Shown here in pieces: positions 1 to 9,548 of a DNA stretch of 64,000 nt. The first letter of the stretch is position 1, and the number at the start of each line of letters is the position of its first letter. The notes under the pieces were generated by a model, which worked only from the letters and a program-made list of their open reading frames with translations, was not told the DNA's origin and did not search any database. Source of the DNA: Syntrophaceae bacterium (GTDB taxonomy: Bacteria; Desulfobacterota; Syntrophia; Syntrophales; Smithellaceae); the NCBI GenBank assembly GCA_009773315.1, contig WRPE01000007.1:81011-145010 (forward strand), given 5' to 3'. Made by a program: the position numbers and the translations under genes.

Positions 1-1
1 G

Positions 2-793
2 GAACCATCGGAAAACAAGCCCATTATTGTGGTAAAAAATCTGACCGCCCGCTTTGGAAACAATATTATTTTTGAAGATGTCAGCTTTGAGGTATATAAA
101 GGAGAGGTTCTTGTAATTGTTGGTGAATCTGGGTGCGGCAAATCGACCCTGCTGAAGATCATGATCGGGCTGCAAAAACCTTCCGCCGGTCAGGTTTTGT
201 ATCAGGGAACCGATATTACACGCGCCACGGAAAAAGATCTTAATCTTTACCGGCAGAATATCGGCGTGCTTTTTCAGTCCGGCGCTTTATTCAGTTCGAT
301 GACGATCAAGGAAAATATTGCGCTGCCGCTTTCAGAGTACACAAACCTCGATTCCGCCGCCATACACCAGATTATTAAAATGAAATTAGGTATGGTCAAT
401 CTGGCAGGCTACGAAAATCATCATCCGTCGGAACTTTCCGGCGGCATGAGAAAAAGGGCCGGCATCGCCCGAGCGATGGCGCTCGATCCCCGTGTGCTTT
501 TCTTTGACGAACTATCCGCCGGCCTCGACCCGGTCACCGCGGTGGAACTCGACAATTTGATCATCAAGACCAATGAAGCCCTGGGAACAACAATGGTTAT
601 TGTGACTCACGAACTGGAATCTATTTACAAAATAGCCCATAGAGTGCTAATGTTGGATAAAGAGGCAAAAGGGATGATTGCTGAAGGCAAGCCTTTGGAA
701 TTAAAAGAACAGGCGACAGACCCGCGGGTGAAAAGTTTCTTTTTACGACAGCTGCCGTCCGCACCAGACGAACAGAGGTTTTATGTCAACTAG
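2..793 (+). CDS. ABC transporter ATP-binding protein, MlaF/Mkl-like (5' end probably outside the window)
   Basis: Walker A GESGCGKST, ABC signature LSGGMRKRAGIARA, Walker B VLFFDE. The frame is open to the window edge (EPSENKPIIVVKNL...), so the GTG at 29 is probably not the true start. An MlaD-type gene follows with an 11-nt overlap. Confidence 0.85.
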   Translation, partial: EPSENKPIIVVKNLTARFGNNIIFEDVSFEVYKGEVLVIVGESGCGKSTLLKIMIGLQKPSAGQVLYQGTDITRATEKDLNLYRQNIGVLFQSGALFSSMTIKENIALPLSEYTNLDSAAIHQIIKMKLGMVNLAGYENHHPSELSGGMRKRAGIARAMALDPRVLFFDELSAGLDPVTAVELDNLIIKTNEALGTTMVIVTHELESIYKIAHRVLMLDKEAKGMIAEGKPLELKEQATDPRVKSFFLRQLPSAPDEQRFYVN

Positions 794-1715
794 AAGCTCA
801 AAATTTTTAATCGGTCTTTTTGTCATTATCGGCATGACGATTCTGGCGGTCATCATCATCTGGGTGGGCGCGTCCAGAATTCTGATGAAGGGTTCCCTCT
901 ACGCGGCATATTTCGATGAATCTGTCCAGGGATTACAAGTGGATTCAGCCATCAAATACCGGGGAGTCGAAATCGGCAAGGTACAGAGCATCGGTGTGGC
1001 GCCGGACTACCGCCTGATTGAAGTGATCATGAAAATTGACCTGGAGGGTGATTTACAAAATCAAACCATTGCCTCACTGAAGACAGCAGGGATTACCGGA
1101 ATCGTCTTCATTGAACTCGACCGGCTCAGTGCCGGCGAATTGGCCAATTCGCCGAAACTTATTTTTCAACCAAACTATCCGGTCATTCCGTCCCGCCGGT
1201 CGGAAATCAGCCGCTTCCTGGCTGACACAAGCTTCATTATGCAAAACATCAAAGATATCGATTTCAAGGGTATTTCCGATCAACTGAAAAACACCACCCA
1301 TGCCATAGGAAACTTCCTGGAAGGCAAGCGCATCAACAATATCATGGCAAATTTGGAATCCACCTCCAAAAATCTGGACCAGGCCATCGCCAAAATCAAC
1401 AAGACAGTTGCTGAAGGCAAAGTTGATAGAGTCGTCAATGAAGCCCTGGTCACTTTATCAGAGGCCCGACAACTGATCGGGCAGGCCAGAAGTGAAATTA
1501 ACGGTTTAAATCTACGCGAAAAAGCAGAGCGAACGGATGCCATCCTCAAAGACATCGACAAAAAAACAAAAACAATCACCAGCAATCTGCAAGACACGTC
1601 GGAAAATTTGCGGGCAACCTCGGAAAATCTGCAAAAGCTGTCCGATAGTTTGAACAGAGATCCGTCGGATCTGATTTTTACAAAACCGGCGCCCACGCGC
1701 AAAGCCATGGAGTAG
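783..1715 (+). CDS. MlaD/Mce-family substrate-binding component of a lipid ABC transporter
   Basis: N-terminal TM helix FLIGLFVIIGMTILAVIIIWV. Mce-type core (VQGLQVDSAIKYRGVEIGKVQSIGV). Long helical C-terminal region. Overlaps the upstream ATPase gene. Confidence 0.8.
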   Translation: MSTRSSKFLIGLFVIIGMTILAVIIIWVGASRILMKGSLYAAYFDESVQGLQVDSAIKYRGVEIGKVQSIGVAPDYRLIEVIMKIDLEGDLQNQTIASLKTAGITGIVFIELDRLSAGELANSPKLIFQPNYPVIPSRRSEISRFLADTSFIMQNIKDIDFKGISDQLKNTTHAIGNFLEGKRINNIMANLESTSKNLDQAIAKINKTVAEGKVDRVVNEALVTLSEARQLIGQARSEINGLNLREKAERTDAILKDIDKKTKTITSNLQDTSENLRATSENLQKLSDSLNRDPSDLIFTKPAPTRKAME

Positions 1716-1731
1716 TGAAGGGAATCAGAAA

Positions 1732-2400
1732 ATGGAAAATCTTTTATCACAGCCACGATGCTTTCAGAAAATATGGCAAAGCTTTTGTCTTATACTAATT
1801 GTTTCATCTTTCTTTCTAATCACAGGATGCGCCACGAGCGGTAAGCCGCAATATAACGTGGAACACTATCTTTTAAATTACCAGGCGCCATCCTGGAACA
1901 AACTCGAAAAGATTGTGACATCCGTCAAGTTTAACCGGTTTTCCATTGCCGCCGCCTATAATTCGACCAATATGATCTTCCGCAACGACGCTTACAGTCT
2001 TGATTTCTTTAATTATTCTCGCTGGGCGGTCAATCCGGCCGATATGATCGGTGACAGCCTCTTTAGCAACATGATAGGGAGTGGCCTTTTCCTCGCAGTC
2101 TTTTCCCGACACGAAACAGATGAAGGCCGATTTATCATCTCGGGCAGTATTGAGGAATTTTATCTGCGGACGGATAAAAGCCCTAAAACGGCACACATTG
2201 GTATCGCTATCTCCATGCAAGACTCACGGGAAAAAGAAACCGGCAAAAGAATGATGTTTCAAAAGAAATACGTTCGGGAAGAACCTTTGCAGGATCCGTC
2301 ACCCCGGGGATACTGCAAGGCCGCAAGCCAGGCCATGCAAGTCATCTCCCATGAGATCATCAGCGATATTTACGCGGCCGTTAAAACCAGAACCAAATAA
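1732..2400 (+). CDS. ABC-transport auxiliary lipoprotein (DUF330/PqiC-like)
   Basis: Signal peptide with lipobox LITGC. Lies directly downstream of the MlaD-type gene, the usual place for this accessory lipoprotein. Family assignment is from memory of the pattern only. Confidence 0.55.
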   Translation: MENLLSQPRCFQKIWQSFCLILIVSSFFLITGCATSGKPQYNVEHYLLNYQAPSWNKLEKIVTSVKFNRFSIAAAYNSTNMIFRNDAYSLDFFNYSRWAVNPADMIGDSLFSNMIGSGLFLAVFSRHETDEGRFIISGSIEEFYLRTDKSPKTAHIGIAISMQDSREKETGKRMMFQKKYVREEPLQDPSPRGYCKAASQAMQVISHEIISDIYAAVKTRTK

Positions 2401-2414
2401 ACAACAGGTATTTC

Positions 2415-2807
2415 ATGAAAGAAATATCCATACAAACCCATTCCCGCTTCGAAATGATTGACATCACGGCGGCTGTCCAAAAAGTGGCGCACGATGAAAA
2501 AATCGAATCGGGCATTGGCCTGGTTTACACGCCACACACAACCGCCGCGGTCACGATCAATGAAAACGCCGACCCGGATGTGCCCCGCGATATTCTGGCG
2601 GCGCTGGATCGTGCTGTTCCATTATCCGCAAATTACCGACACGTGGAAGGAAATTCCGCCGCGCACGTCAAATCATCACTGGTCGGTGCGTCCGAAATGA
2701 TTATCATTGAAAACGGCCGCCTGATTTTAGGAACCTGGCAATCGATCTTCTTTTGCGAATTCGACGGACCACGGACAAGAAAGTGCCTTATTAAATTTAT
2801 GGAATAA
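2415..2807 (+). CDS. yjbQ: YjbQ/UPF0047 family protein (secondary thiamine-phosphate synthase-like)
   Basis: 130 aa. Motifs LVYTPHTTAAVTINENADPDV and HVEGNSAAHVKSSLVG are typical of UPF0047. Confidence 0.75.
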   Translation: MKEISIQTHSRFEMIDITAAVQKVAHDEKIESGIGLVYTPHTTAAVTINENADPDVPRDILAALDRAVPLSANYRHVEGNSAAHVKSSLVGASEMIIIENGRLILGTWQSIFFCEFDGPRTRKCLIKFME

Positions 2808-2815
2808 ATTTCACT

Positions 2816-5076
2816 ATGCATCGTGCGCAGTCCATTTTAAAAAATGTTTTCGGCTTTACAAATTTCTGGCCTCTTCAAGAACAGATTATTGCCCATCTTC
2901 TGGAAAAAAAGGATGCTCTCATCGTGATGCCGACAGGGGGGGGTAAGTCCCTTTGCTATCAGATTCCGGGAATGATCTTTGACGGGCTGACCATCGTGGT
3001 TTCGCCGCTTATCTCCCTCATGAAGGACCAGGTTGACCAATTGCGGGAATATGGCGTTCCGTCCCTTTTCCTGAATAGCACCCTAGGTATGGATGCGTAC
3101 CGGGAAAACGTGGGAAAACTCAGGGAAAACAAAGTGAATCTACTCTATTTGTCTCCGGAGACTCTGCTTGCGCCGAGGACCTTGGCCCTGCTCTCCGAGC
3201 TGACGGTTGATTGCATCGCCATCGACGAGGCACATTGCATATCCGAGTGGGGCCACGACTTTCGTCCGGAATACCGGCAGCTGGCGGAAGTTCGCGCCGT
3301 ATTTCCGGATGCATGCTGCGTGGCACTGACGGCCACGGCCACACCGCGCGTTCGGGAGGATATCCGGTGCTCGCTGCATATCGAGGGCCAAAACGAATAC
3401 GTCGGTTCCTTCAACCGGCCGAACCTCTTTCTGGAAGTGGCCCCGAAAACCGACCCCCTCGACCAGGCGCTGAGCCTGCTTGATCAGTATCCGCAAGAAT
3501 CAGGAATTATCTACTGCGCCACCCGCCGGCAGACGGACGAACTTACCGCCATCCTTCAGCGGAAGGGTTACTCCGTCCTTACCATGCGGGGCTTTCAGAA
3601 AAAGAGCGCACCGAAAACCAGGAGTGTTTCAGCCGCGACGATATCCGCATCATTGTGGCGACGATCGCTTTCGGTATGGGGATCAACAAACCCAATGTCC
3701 GGTTTGTCATCCACTACGATTTGCCGCAAAGCATCGACAACTACTATCAGGAGATCGGACGCGCGGGACGGGACGGCCTGCCCGCCCATTGTCTTGTGCT
3801 GTTCAGTTACGGGGACATCCACAAGGTAAGATTTTTTATCGGCCAAAAAACAAAACAGGAACAAGTGGTTGCCAATATACTCCTGAACCGGCTGATGGGC
3901 TTTGTTGAAACGGACATCTGCCGCCGTGTTTCTTTGTTGAATTATTTCGGCGAGACAGACGTTCCCGACCGCTGCGGCATGTGCGACAACTGCCGAATAG
4001 ACCAGGATGAAAAGGACCTCCCCGATCTGACCAAACCGGCGCAAATGTTTCTCTCCTGTGTCAAGCGAACCGACGAGATCTTTGGTGCAGGCCATATTGC
4101 CAATGTTCTGCGGGGATCAAATTCCCAGAAGGTCCGGAAATTCAGGCATGAGCAGCTCTCAACCTATGGAATCGGATCGGCTTATTCCACAAAGCAATGG
4201 AATTCCATCGCCCGTCAGTTGATCCAGAAAGGCTTATTACAAAACGATTATGAGCATGGCTCGCTGAAACTGACCCCGAAGGCCTGGGATGTCCTGCGGG
4301 GGAAAGAGACATTTTTCGGTAAACTGGAGGAGACAAAGAAAGAACAGGGCACTATCCAAAGACAGCGGGCTGGTGAGGCGGAAACTTTCGATGCTGTGCT
4401 TTTTGAAATCCTCCGGACAAAAAGGAAGGAAATTGCCGATCAGGCAAATCTTCCGCCCTATGTGATCTTCCATGACCGGACCTTGAGGGAAATGGCTTTC
4501 TATTACCCTCAGTCAAAAGAAAGCCTGATGGCGCTTTATGGCATTGGACAGGGAAAACTCGAAAAGTATGCCGATGTGTTTTTGGACATCATTCGGGAAT
4601 ATTGTCAAACCAATCAAATTCCTGAAAAACAGAAACCGGTGATGGTCGATCCACCCGACCCCGCTTTCCGGGGAAACAACGGAGGGTTGCGTCATATTGT
4701 CATTGGCGAGCGGTTCAACGAAGGCCGCACAGTCGATCAGCTGGCGATGGATTTCAATATCAAACGTAGTACGGTCATTGATTATCTCTTCCGGTATCAA
4801 TATAATGATCGTATTTTCCGGACGGAAAATATTCTCATGAATTCGAAGCTGACGGAAGATCAACAGCAATCTGTATTCTCTTCCTTTGCCCGCTGGGGCA
4901 CGGAGCGGCTGCGCCCCGTTTTTGATGATCTGAACGGGACGATTCCCTACGAGGAGCTGAAGCTTTGCCTGCTGCACCAGCGGTGTCAGGATCAGAACCG
5001 TCCCAGGAATCAAAAAACATTTGTCTGTCTGGCCGCGTCCCGGAAATACGGCGGATACTGCATAGCCGGCAAGTAG
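2816..5076 (+). pseudogene. recQ: RecQ-family ATP-dependent DNA helicase with RQC, HRDC and C-terminal wHTH regions; reading frame broken by a 1-nt deletion near 3577-3580
   Basis: Frame 2 gives TGGGKSLCYQ, DEAHCISEWGHDFRPEY and ALTATAT up to ..RKGYSV. The RecQ sequence then continues in frame 1 from 3580 (YHAGLSEKER..IIVATIAFGMGINKPNVRFVIHYDLPQSIDNYYQEIGRAGRDG). HRDC-like YVIFHDRTLREMAFYYPQS..LYGIGQGKLEKY. Ends at TAG 5074-5076. Confidence 0.8.
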
Positions 5077-5190
5077 TGGACAAAGGAGAAAATCGGGCCG
5101 TGGATCCGTCCGGTCAGCAGACAGGAAAACGGAGAGCTTGCTGCGGAAGCAATCCGGCTGGATAACGGGCATATACCGCAATATCTGGAT

Positions 5191-5685
5191 GTGATCACAG
5201 TCGAAACCCAGGGCGCGGATGATCATCCCTACCAAAAGGAAAACGTCCTGATTACGGAAAAACATTTCTGGGCATGGCAACGCAAATTGTCTCCTGATAC
5301 GCTGCCCCGAATGGTGGATGAAGTGGATGAACTTTGGCAGTCTGGTTTTCACAGCACAAACGGGATAAACGATCGCGTACCCGAAGAAATTGTTGTGAAG
5401 TTCAATGCCCCCTCACTTTGCCTGATCCGGCCGGATGATTTTACACTTCTGGTATCCGATGATCTGGACGGAAGAAAAAAGGTTCGCGCCAGGTTCTCCT
5501 ACCATGATACTCCTTATCTCCTTGCGGTGACCGATCCCGGCATCGAAAAAAAGTATCTCCTGAAGGAACAGGGCGAATACCCGTTAAGCGCCGGGGATCT
5601 TTATCTGACAGTCAGCATGAGCGAACCGTTCAACGGCTTTTGCTATAAACTGGTTGCTGCTTTAATTCTTCAGGATGAGGGCTGA
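5191..5685 (+). CDS. Uncharacterised domain ORF, in frame with recQ and separated from it only by TAG 5074-5076
   Basis: Same frame as 3655-5076, with no stop between 5077 and 5685. The first canonical or alternative start after the TAG is GTG 5191. The conserved-looking segment CLAASRKYGGYCIAGK-stop-WTKEKIGPWIRPVS spans the stop, so the ORF as drawn is probably a fragment. Confidence 0.4.
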   Translation: MITVETQGADDHPYQKENVLITEKHFWAWQRKLSPDTLPRMVDEVDELWQSGFHSTNGINDRVPEEIVVKFNAPSLCLIRPDDFTLLVSDDLDGRKKVRARFSYHDTPYLLAVTDPGIEKKYLLKEQGEYPLSAGDLYLTVSMSEPFNGFCYKLVAALILQDEG

Positions 5686-5690
5686 AAATA

Positions 5691-6284
5691 ATGGAACTGT
5701 TTACCATAGGACATTCGGTGCATACGGTTGAACGCTTTGCAGAGCTTCTGAAAGAGCATGAAATCAACGCCCTGTGTGATGTCCGGTCCAGTCCCTACAG
5801 CCGTTTTACGCCTCAGTTCAACCTTGAATCCTTGAAGGAAGGCATGGCGAAACACCGTATTCTGTACCTTTACCTGGGCGCGGAACTGGGACCTAGGAGC
5901 TCCGATCCGTTCTGCTATGAAAATGGAAAGGTCCAATACAAGCGTCTTGCCGATAAAGATATTTTTCAACAGGGCCTCAGCCGTCTGTGGAAGGGCATGG
6001 CGACCTACCGCATTGCGCTTCTGTGCGCCGAAAAGGACCCACTCACGTGTCATCGGATGATCTTGATCTGCCGGAATTTGCGCGGGGAGAACATCCTCAT
6101 CCGACACATCCTGGAGGATGGATCTCTGGAAGACAATCGGGACACGGAAAAGCGGCTCATGAAGCTGTTAAAAATAGATCCCGCCGATCTTTTTTCAACC
6201 GAAGAGGAGCAAATTCAGCGAGCCTATGACCTTCAGGGGGAAAAGATTGCCTATACGCTGGAGGAAGGACAGGAAGTCATATGA
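5691..6284 (+). CDS. DUF488 domain protein
   Basis: MELFTIGHS...CDVRSSPYSRFTPQF... and LLCAEKDPLTCHR match the DUF488 pattern. The gap after the upstream ORF is only 5 nt. Confidence 0.75.
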   Translation: MELFTIGHSVHTVERFAELLKEHEINALCDVRSSPYSRFTPQFNLESLKEGMAKHRILYLYLGAELGPRSSDPFCYENGKVQYKRLADKDIFQQGLSRLWKGMATYRIALLCAEKDPLTCHRMILICRNLRGENILIRHILEDGSLEDNRDTEKRLMKLLKIDPADLFSTEEEQIQRAYDLQGEKIAYTLEEGQEVI

Positions 6285-6724
6285 AGGAAATCAAAATATT
6301 TACAATTGGGTTTACAAAGAAAACAGCCGAGGAGTTTTTTACCCGTCTGATGCGGGCAGGCGTGAAGCGCGTGATCGACATCCGGCTTAACAATGTTTCT
6401 CAACTGGCCGGCTTTGCCAAACGGGACGACCTTTGCTATTTTCTCCGGACAATCGGCGGCATCGCTTATGTGCATCGCCCCGATCTGGCGCCAACGCAGG
6501 AAATCCTGGACGATTTCAAGAAGAATAAGGGTAGTTGGCCGATTTACGAAAGGGACTTTCTGGCTTTACTTTCCGCAAGAAAAGTTGAAAAGATTATCGT
6601 TCCTGAACTACTGCAAGAGACCTGCCTTCTGTGTAGCGAGGAAAAACCCACCCAATGCCATCGAAGGCTTGTAGCTGAATATTTTCATTCTAGATGGGAT
6701 AGCGTAAAAATTTTTCACCTTTAA
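6281..6724 (+). CDS. DUF488 domain protein (divergent paralogue)
   Basis: IKIFTIGFTKKTAEEFF..VIDIRLNN and LLCSEEKPTQCHRR. Its ATG overlaps the stop of the previous gene (ATGA at 6281-6284). Confidence 0.7.
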   Translation: MKEIKIFTIGFTKKTAEEFFTRLMRAGVKRVIDIRLNNVSQLAGFAKRDDLCYFLRTIGGIAYVHRPDLAPTQEILDDFKKNKGSWPIYERDFLALLSARKVEKIIVPELLQETCLLCSEEKPTQCHRRLVAEYFHSRWDSVKIFHL

Positions 6725-6883
6725 AAATATTGGTCGAGGCCAATTAGCCCGATAATTTTATGCGATAAGTCGCGCATGGACTTCGCTACTCCTCCGCAAT
6801 GATAGTCGATTATTGCCATGTCAAAGACATCGACCGGATATCTCATTTATGATTTGCGGTTTATAATCTTCAGCCTTCGGTCT

Positions 6884-7657
6884 TTAGCCTTTTTTAAAAA
6901 CCTTCATCATCTGAGCGTGAATCAACCCATTGCTGGCAACAAGACCGGGCGAAAGCAAATCCCACTTTTCGCCCGCCATATCGGAAATGACCCCGCCTGC
7001 TTCTGTAACCAAAAGACAACCGGCGGCCGTATCCCAGGGCTTGAGCTTCAGTTCCCAGAATCCGTCAAACCGTCCTGCGGCAAGATAAGCCAAATCCAAT
7101 GCCGCAGCGCCCGCGCGCCGGATCGCCTGCGCCTTAACCGCCATCGTATTAAAAAAATTAATATTATTGTCTTTACTGACCCGAATATCATAGGGAAAAC
7201 CCGTGGCCAGCAGACTGCGTGATAAATCGCTTACAGAAGAGACTCGCAATTTTTTCCCATTGAGATACGCGCCTTTGCCCCATTCGGCAAAAAACAGGTC
7301 ATTCCTGTTCGGATCGTAAATCACGCCAAGGATGACCGTCCCCTCTTTTTCCAGTGCAATGGATACACAAAAAAAAGGAAATCCGTGTGCATAATTGGTC
7401 GTTCCGTCCAGAGGATCGACAATCCAGCGCATAGCTGCCCGCTCATTCTTCGCAGCCGATTCCTCGGACAAAATCCCATGATCGGGATACCGGAGGCTTA
7501 TTTCCGCAAGAATCAGTTTCTCCGACATCTTATCCGCTTCCGTCACCAGATCGATGGTTCCTTTATAATAAATTTGATTGTTCTTGGTGAGTTTTTCGAC
7601 GAGCAACTTTCCTGCCTGTCGCGCCAGATTTTGGGCAAAATCGACGATCTCTGTCAT
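6884..7657 (-). CDS. suhB: Inositol monophosphatase family protein (SuhB-like)
   Basis: Motifs WIVDPLDGTTNYAHGFP and WDTAAG. 257 aa. Confidence 0.9.
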   Translation of the reverse strand: MTEIVDFAQNLARQAGKLLVEKLTKNNQIYYKGTIDLVTEADKMSEKLILAEISLRYPDHGILSEESAAKNERAAMRWIVDPLDGTTNYAHGFPFFCVSIALEKEGTVILGVIYDPNRNDLFFAEWGKGAYLNGKKLRVSSVSDLSRSLLATGFPYDIRVSKDNNINFFNTMAVKAQAIRRAGAAALDLAYLAAGRFDGFWELKLKPWDTAAGCLLVTEAGGVISDMAGEKWDLLSPGLVASNGLIHAQMMKVFKKG

Positions 7658-7798
7658 GAATATAAACTCCTTATTAAGATGGTTAACTTAAAGGCTTAAA
7701 CCATAAAGTACGTTAAAAAGTAAGAACAATCTTAAAAGTTGCGCTGCATAAGAAATAGTGCTAGACAAAACCAAAAAATGTTTGTTTGTGATAGGTTA

Positions 7799-8698
7799 AT
7801 GGCGACAGAATACAAAGCTGATTCCAATTTAATTGATTTAAAGACGGTGCGGGAAAATTCAGGGCTGACCCTGAAGGAATTATTTGAGCGCACACGGGTC
7901 AGCGTGGTTAATTTGGAGGCGATTGAAAACAGCAATTTTCATTTACTGCCCATCCCGATATGCACTCGAAACTTCATCAAAACATACGCCGATGCTTTGG
8001 GTGTGGACAGCAAGCCTGTTTTACAGCGCTACGAAAATTATCTGCAAGCGCTACAAATGAAAAAAAAAGAGCAGACAACAGAACAACTTCCCCATGCGCC
8101 TCTGGTCACGGTGCTGGGCCGGCATAAAGCCTACCTGTGGATCCTGTGCATCATCATTGTTTTTGCAGCCGTAGCCTTTTTTGTGAGTATCTATAATAAA
8201 CCGGTACCGGAAACGCCTCAAAAAACCGAGACGCTAAAAGAGGCCGTGATTCCCGACACCAATCTACAAAATTTGGCACAGCCGGATAAGTTTCCGATTT
8301 CCATCAATCTGCCTATACCGGAGAAGTTAATCACGGCAAATCAAGCAGGCGACGAAAAAAAACAGCCGGCACAGAAAAAAACCGAAGCACAGACCGGAAT
8401 CACCCCAGCACCTGCCGTGACGCCCAAAAATAACGAAACCAAAGTTGAGGCGCTTATCCATGGTGAAAAACAGTTTGTCCTGATTGTTCACGCCACCGAA
8501 AAAACATGGATCCGGATTCAAGTCGATGACAAAGAACCTTTTCAAGTTTTACTTGATGCGGGAGAAAGAATTTCACATAAGGCGGCGCGTTTTAATATGG
8601 ACATCGGTAATGCCGGCGGAGTCAGAATACAGTTTGATGGAAAAACCATAGAAAATTTAGGCAAGTCAGGACAGGTTACCCACTTGCGCTTACCATAA
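7799..8698 (+). CDS. RodZ-like protein: HTH domain, single TM helix, C-terminal DUF4115-like domain
   Basis: [45 protein letters not shown]. Low-complexity K/P/T linker. C-terminal beta-rich [23 protein letters not shown] 7799 preferred over the upstream TTG 7739. Confidence 0.65.
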   Translation: MATEYKADSNLIDLKTVRENSGLTLKELFERTRVSVVNLEAIENSNFHLLPIPICTRNFIKTYADALGVDSKPVLQRYENYLQALQMKKKEQTTEQLPHAPLVTVLGRHKAYLWILCIIIVFAAVAFFVSIYNKPVPETPQKTETLKEAVIPDTNLQNLAQPDKFPISINLPIPEKLITANQAGDEKKQPAQKKTEAQTGITPAPAVTPKNNETKVEALIHGEKQFVLIVHATEKTWIRIQVDDKEPFQVLLDAGERISHKAARFNMDIGNAGGVRIQFDGKTIENLGKSGQVTHLRLP

Positions 8699-8724
8699 AC
8701 AATAAAATCGAAAGAGGTAATATT

Positions 8725-8907
8725 ATGTTTGGAATAGGAATACCGGAGCTACTGATTATATTGGTTATTATTCTTATTATTTTCGGGGTCGGAAAGCTTC
8801 CGGAAATTGGATCAGCCTTGGGGAAAGGGATTAAGAATTTCAAGAAATCCGTCTCCGACCAAAACGACACAACCGGCACGTCAGTTAAAAAAGAGGAAGA
8901 TAAATAG
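8725..8907 (+). CDS. tatA: Twin-arginine translocase subunit TatA/E
   Basis: 60 aa. [41 protein letters not shown] is the canonical TatA TM plus amphipathic helix. Confidence 0.85.
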   Translation: MFGIGIPELLIILVIILIIFGVGKLPEIGSALGKGIKNFKKSVSDQNDTTGTSVKKEEDK

Positions 8908-8913
8908 ATTTTT

Positions 8914-8968
8914 CAGTGCCGACACTTAAACGTTCACGCCTTATTTAAGTGTCGGCACTGTTTATTTG
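8914..8968 (+). terminator. Intrinsic terminator after tatA; also sits between the convergent tatA and ssb genes
   Basis: Perfect 17-bp stem: cagtgccgacacttaaa (8914-8930) pairs with tttaagtgtcggcactg (8944-8960). 13-nt loop. Followed by tttatttg. Confidence 0.8.
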
Positions 8969-9376
8969 CTAGAAAGGAACATCTTCCATCGGCGTAGCGC
9001 CATTTTGCTCGAAAGCCGTATTAGGAATTATTTCGTCGGTCTTGCCTTGGCCCTTGGAATCAAGCATCTGCATGCTATTGGCTATAATTTCCGTCGTATT
9101 GCGCTTAACACCTTCCTTATCTTCCCACGCGCGGGTTTGAATTTTTCCTTCAATATAAACCAGTTTCCCCTTGGTTAGATAATTGCCGCAAATTTCAGCA
9201 AGCTTTCTGTAGGTAACAATCCGGTGCCATTCTGTTTTTTGAACTTTTTCTCCATTTTTATCCTTGTAGCTTTCATCCGTGGCCATAGTGAAGTTTGTCA
9301 CCATGGTTCCGTCCGGTGTATAACGGACTTCCGGATCCTTGCCCAGCCTGCCAACCAATATCGCCTTATTTACCAT
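8969..9376 (-). CDS. ssb: Single-stranded DNA-binding protein
   Basis: [22 protein letters not shown]-fold start and acidic tail ending MEDVPF. ATG 9376 is preceded by a G-rich RBS (ggggga) and is preferred over the longer ORF to 9439. Confidence 0.9.
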   Translation of the reverse strand: MVNKAILVGRLGKDPEVRYTPDGTMVTNFTMATDESYKDKNGEKVQKTEWHRIVTYRKLAEICGNYLTKGKLVYIEGKIQTRAWEDKEGVKRNTTEIIANSMQMLDSKGQGKTDEIIPNTAFEQNGATPMEDVPF

Positions 9377-9548
9377 AATGATTTCCCCCCTGATATAAGT
9401 TGGGGCATCATACATAACAACCGCCTTTGAGGCAAACACATTTTTTGTTCATTTGATGCTGGATCCACCACATGCCCGGACCACAATCATGCTTGACTAA
9501 TCATCAAAATAAATATAGTCAGATTGACTTTAAAAAAGTGGAGAAATT

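Noticed and set aside
3480-3908. Overlapping alternative-frame ORFs inside recQ (3480-3908, 3211-3483, and minus-strand 3140-3496).
   Set aside because: They are by-products of the GC-rich helicase coding sequence and of the frameshift. Their translations are Arg/Pro/Gly-rich nonsense.
5074-5076. TAG read as pyrrolysine or another programmed read-through event.
   Set aside because: TAG is used as an ordinary stop by several well-defined genes in this window (e.g. mlaF, lpxK, the GlmS-like gene). No pyl genes are visible. This is kept only as a remote alternative inside the finding on this site.
4513-5352. 279-aa ORF on the minus strand, antisense to the RecQ C-terminus and downstream domain. 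Similar long antisense ORFs occur at 21813-22589 (msbA) and 24484-25326 (lpxL/waaF).
   Set aside because: Their translations are low-complexity and Arg/Gly/Pro-rich with no recognisable motifs. They lie fully inside well-supported genes on the other strand. This is typical of shadow ORFs in moderately GC-rich coding DNA.
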